Shown here one piece after another: positions 60,803-64,000 of a stretch of DNA of 64,000 nt. A program made the position numbers and the translations under genes. The first letter of the stretch is position 1. The number at the start of each line of letters is the position of its first letter. A model generated the notes under the pieces. It searched no databases. It was not told the origin of the DNA and was given only the letters and a program-made list of their open reading frames with translations. Origin of the DNA: a bacterium (GTDB taxonomy: Bacteria; Zhuqueibacterota; Zhuqueibacteria; Residuimicrobiales; Krinioviventaceae); contig CAXXMD010000003.1 of assembly GCA_963675755.2 (NCBI GenBank), forward strand, positions 3,072,001 through 3,136,000. The letters are read 5' to 3'.

Positions 60803-61720
60803 GTGAAATATATATATATTAATATTCTCATTTTATTTTTACTATTGTCCGCTTGCGGCAAAGTTTCTGTGGATGTGGATGAATCAACGTATGAACCCAA
60901 GATTGTGGTAGAGGGATATATCTATCCCGGACAGTCGCCCGCAAAGATTATTCTAACCCGGAATTATCCCTTGAATACGGAAATTGATTTGGGAGCTTTT
61001 TACATTACAGATGCAAATGTATCCATTACGGATATGAAAAGTGATGAAACATTTGATCTGGATTATGATGCGTTTTCTTTTTCATACAAATACAAGGGTA
61101 ATGATTTTGTAATTGATTATAATCGTTCTTATAGAATCAATTTGAAAGCAACAATTGATGGAAAAGAACTGACCGCATCTTGTGTTACAACCACACCTGC
61201 GGATGGCTTTGATATTGTTTCTGATGAATCTTTGCTGGGCACACAAAAATATACAACAGCCGTAGAGAATGGTACAAAATTCAATTTAAAGTTTAAACGT
61301 TCACCCACAGTAGATTCTTATATCACTTCTATTGTTGCGCTTGATGCATCGTTTAATAACTTTATTGAAGATAATATTATGGGTTTATCACGTTCGGATT
61401 TTGCAGATACAACAGATTCCGACGACTTGAGATACTTTAACTATATCAAAAACCAGTCCCAATGGACACAAACGCGCTTGGGCGGGGGAGACGATTTGTC
61501 TGCTATGGATATTGAATGGTATTCTACCTGGTTCTATGGCACCTATCGGGTCATTATGTATTGCGCGGATGAGAACATGACAGAATATTATCTTACTCAC
61601 AGTACGATACAGGAAGTAGATGGGAATTTACTGGAACCGAAATTCCATTTTGAGGGAGATGCTATTGGCGTGTTTGGATCGGCAATTCCGGATACGGTAT
61701 ATTTTGTGATAATTGATTAA
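60803..61720 (+). CDS. DUF4249-family lipoprotein (partner of the TonB receptor)
   Basis: GTG at 60803 after GAGGAG; lipobox LSAC; PKIVVEGYI...ILTR; C-terminal AIGVFGS. Confidence 0.8.
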   Translation: MKYIYINILILFLLLSACGKVSVDVDESTYEPKIVVEGYIYPGQSPAKIILTRNYPLNTEIDLGAFYITDANVSITDMKSDETFDLDYDAFSFSYKYKGNDFVIDYNRSYRINLKATIDGKELTASCVTTTPADGFDIVSDESLLGTQKYTTAVENGTKFNLKFKRSPTVDSYITSIVALDASFNNFIEDNIMGLSRSDFADTTDSDDLRYFNYIKNQSQWTQTRLGGGDDLSAMDIEWYSTWFYGTYRVIMYCADENMTEYYLTHSTIQEVDGNLLEPKFHFEGDAIGVFGSAIPDTVYFVIID

Positions 61721-61725
61721 CTGGA

Positions 61726-62403
61726 TCAAGTTGGTAATTCTTGTAAATGTTGTAGCTTTTCTAACCATTTGTTCAAGTAGTAACATTCATTTTTCATTCT
61801 GACCAAACTGATTTCTTGGGAGATCAATGGGCCATGATATGTCTTTTTGTAATGTGGGAAAATTGACTCTATCCTTTTTGATGGTGCTGTTTGCGGTCCG
61901 TCATTTATTTTTTCCGGTGAGTCAAAGTCGCTGCGAATTTGTTCAAGTTGCCTAGTTTGGCTTGGAGTAGCTTCTAACTCCCGAGCAATTATTTGAGGTT
62001 CAGTAAAAAGGTAGCCTTCAAATTCATGGACCATCAGGTTTGGGATGAATCTGGGATTGTTTATATCATTTTCCAGTTCTCGAAAAAGAGTGTCAACTTT
62101 AGTTTCCAAATCTGGATTGAGAGTCGATATGCCGGGGAAATCATTTGGTAGTCCATATAAATCCAGTAATGTGGTACAATATGCAGACTGGTCATTCAAA
62201 CATCTGACAATTTCTTTTCTGATATTAGTTTGGTAACCCGTTCTCGGATTAAAGCCGCCTTTACCCTTGCGTCCCAGTTGACGATTTGTAACTGTTAATC
62301 GTGGATAAAAAAATATATTGTAGTGATTAAATTCAGGAATTAGAACTCTTTTAACAAATGCTTCTTCAGTTTCACCTTCTACTACCACATTGATTCTGAC
62401 CAT
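61726..62403 (-). CDS. DUF4276-family (TOPRIM-like) protein
   Basis: VVVEGETEEAFV, TTLLDLYGLP.DFPG, FIPNLMVHEFEGYLF, PEKINDGPQTAPSKRI, YKKTYHG; start overlaps the ATPase stop (TAATG). Confidence 0.85.
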   Translation of the reverse strand: MVRINVVVEGETEEAFVKRVLIPEFNHYNIFFYPRLTVTNRQLGRKGKGGFNPRTGYQTNIRKEIVRCLNDQSAYCTTLLDLYGLPNDFPGISTLNPDLETKVDTLFRELENDINNPRFIPNLMVHEFEGYLFTEPQIIARELEATPSQTRQLEQIRSDFDSPEKINDGPQTAPSKRIESIFPHYKKTYHGPLISQEISLVRMKNECYYLNKWLEKLQHLQELPT

Positions 62404-63503
62404 TAAGGTCTTCCCCCTATAACATTTTTCTCCCACAATTCACCCATAGAATAATCTTCAAGCCAGTCTTTGAGTTCCTGTTCGTTACATCTTTTAAATT
62501 CTGATGCACCCTCAGAGTTTCGATCAACAACTATTATATCCTCCGGTTGAAAGTGATCAATCAGATAGGTTGATTGCGTAGAGACAATGACCTGTGTGCT
62601 ATTACTTTTTAATTTTAATATGTCCGCAAGCCTGGCCAAGGCATAAGGATGTAAACCCAATTCCGGTTCATCTAATATGATTGTTGCCGGCGGGTTGGGT
62701 TGTAAAAGTGCCGTGGCAAGGCAGATAAAACGTAATGTGCCGTCGGAGAGATGTCTCGCTGTAAAAGGGAAATCTGATCCTCTTTGCAACCATTCAAATT
62801 GTATCTTGTCTTCTTTATAGGGAATTGGGCGAAGTTTAAATTGATCGATAAATGGCGCAACCATTTGCACGGTTTTCAGTATTTTGTTATAGTGAACCGG
62901 ATTTTGTATTTGCATTGTAAATAAAAAAGCTGCCAGATTGCCTGCGTCATGATTTAGTTTTTCATTATCATTTATATATGTTTGACGTTTTACAGAAGCC
63001 GAATCGCTGGTGTCTTGGAAATGGTAGACAGTCCAACTTGAAATTGTTGGGTAAATATAGGATGCAATATCTTGTCTTTTACCATTGTTATATTCGTTTT
63101 TTAAATTTGACTCGACATTACCCATGCCAATACTATACCATTGGGGACTATGCCAAAATACACCAGCAAAATACATTGTTTCTTTCTCGAAGATTAAGCT
63201 ATTGGTATCGGTAGGTTCTAGAGTGAAGCCATATCCATTTACTTTAAAATATAATTTACCATTAAAAGTTTTAGTTACTTTTGGCCCTAAATATAAAAAC
63301 TGATCTGCCCCGCCTTTTTTGTTAACGAAATGTTGCAGTCTTTCTTTAACAATGTTGTTTAATAATTCAAAGAATTCAATGAAATTACTTTTACCTGCAC
63401 CATTGGGGCCAATGAGAATATTCAAATTGTTTAATTTAAAATTTTCCAGGTTTTTTATTGATTTGAATCCTGAAATTGTAATTTTATCTAAATGCTCTGA
63501 CAT
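62403..63503 (-). CDS. AAA_21/AbiEii-like ABC-type ATPase
   Basis: GFKSI, ILIGPNGAGKSNF (Walker A), LSDGTLRF (signature), IILDEPELGLHP (Walker B), VIVSTQS, MGELWEKNVIGGRP. Confidence 0.9.
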   Translation of the reverse strand: MSEHLDKITISGFKSIKNLENFKLNNLNILIGPNGAGKSNFIEFFELLNNIVKERLQHFVNKKGGADQFLYLGPKVTKTFNGKLYFKVNGYGFTLEPTDTNSLIFEKETMYFAGVFWHSPQWYSIGMGNVESNLKNEYNNGKRQDIASYIYPTISSWTVYHFQDTSDSASVKRQTYINDNEKLNHDAGNLAAFLFTMQIQNPVHYNKILKTVQMVAPFIDQFKLRPIPYKEDKIQFEWLQRGSDFPFTARHLSDGTLRFICLATALLQPNPPATIILDEPELGLHPYALARLADILKLKSNSTQVIVSTQSTYLIDHFQPEDIIVVDRNSEGASEFKRCNEQELKDWLEDYSMGELWEKNVIGGRP

Positions 63504-63599
63504 TCGAAATTGCCTTTATAAAATGTAATAATCTCAATATAAAATTATATTCAATAAAAGCAAATTGATAATTGAGGAAAGGTAATGTTGGAAAAGCAA

Positions 63600-63631
63600 C
63601 ATCCCCTGGAGAAATGTCCTTCCAGGGGATG
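63600..63631. terminator. Hairpin terminator after the GH97 gene
   Basis: CATCCCCTGGA...TCCAGGGGATG. Confidence 0.7.
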
Positions 63632-63638
63632 TCTATTT

Positions 63639-64000
63639 TTACGGGGTTATCTTGATCACACAGCCACCGCCAGGGGCGAGATGGATATTAAGTTTGTCAC
63701 TAGCGGTTACTTGTTTTTTATCTACGATATAATCTTCAGCAAATCGGTCTGCGTTTATGCCGTCTTTGTATATTGTTGTCATAAAACTGCCGGATGTGAG
63801 AAATGACAGATCAACGGTTATGTCTCGGGGCGTCCAGTCTGCCATGGCTCCCACATACCAGGTGTTACCGCTGCGGCGGGCAACAATTAAATAATCTTCT
63901 ATTTTAGCGTCTAATACTTTGGTTTCATCCCATTCAACCGGTACGTTAGCAATCAAATCCATAATGTTGGCGGGTTCACGTTCGTAATTTGACGGAGAGT
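63639..64000 (-). CDS. Glycoside hydrolase family 97, C-terminal part (5' end outside window)
   Basis: SPSNYERE...VPVEWDETKVL...VARRSG.TWYVGAM...VDLSFL...YKDGINADRFAEDY...LAPGGG. Confidence 0.88.
   Translation of the reverse strand, partial: SPSNYEREPANIMDLIANVPVEWDETKVLDAKIEDYLIVARRSGNTWYVGAMADWTPRDITVDLSFLTSGSFMTTIYKDGINADRFAEDYIVDKKQVTASDKLNIHLAPGGGCVIKITP

Noticed and set aside
1489-63806. Numerous 60-150 aa ORFs overlapping long genes on the opposite strand or in other frames
   Set aside because: No RBS or recognisable motifs; explained as shadow ORFs.

Overview
AT-rich bacterial chromosomal window with about 50 protein-coding genes. I found no rRNA, tRNA, CRISPR array or transposase. 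Strong Shine-Dalgarno sites, four secreted proteins ending in a YPNPFN/FlgD-Ig (T9SS type A-like) domain, a GWxTD protein and a TonB receptor-DUF4249 pair suggest a non-Bacteroidetes FCB-type lineage such as KSB1 or Calditrichota (inference). Content includes gdhA, xylulokinase, SlyD, Dcp-like peptidase, transporters, carbohydrate-active genes (GH2-like, GH16, GH97, two DUF1080), three tandem PAS chemoreceptors, a cytochrome bd-like/cytochrome c gene pair and an AAA_21-DUF4276 pair. Best candidates for undescribed systems: (1) two tandem phage/eCIS tail-tube (gp19/Afp1-like) genes at 7970-9106 that each carry a Sec signal peptide and have no sheath, baseplate or spike genes in the window; (2) a low-GC operon at 46707-48294 encoding a secreted 10-cysteine mini-protein, a membrane-anchored CxxC thioredoxin-fold protein and a CxxC-containing protein with a flavinylation motif. 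All family calls come from motif recognition by eye; no searches were run.
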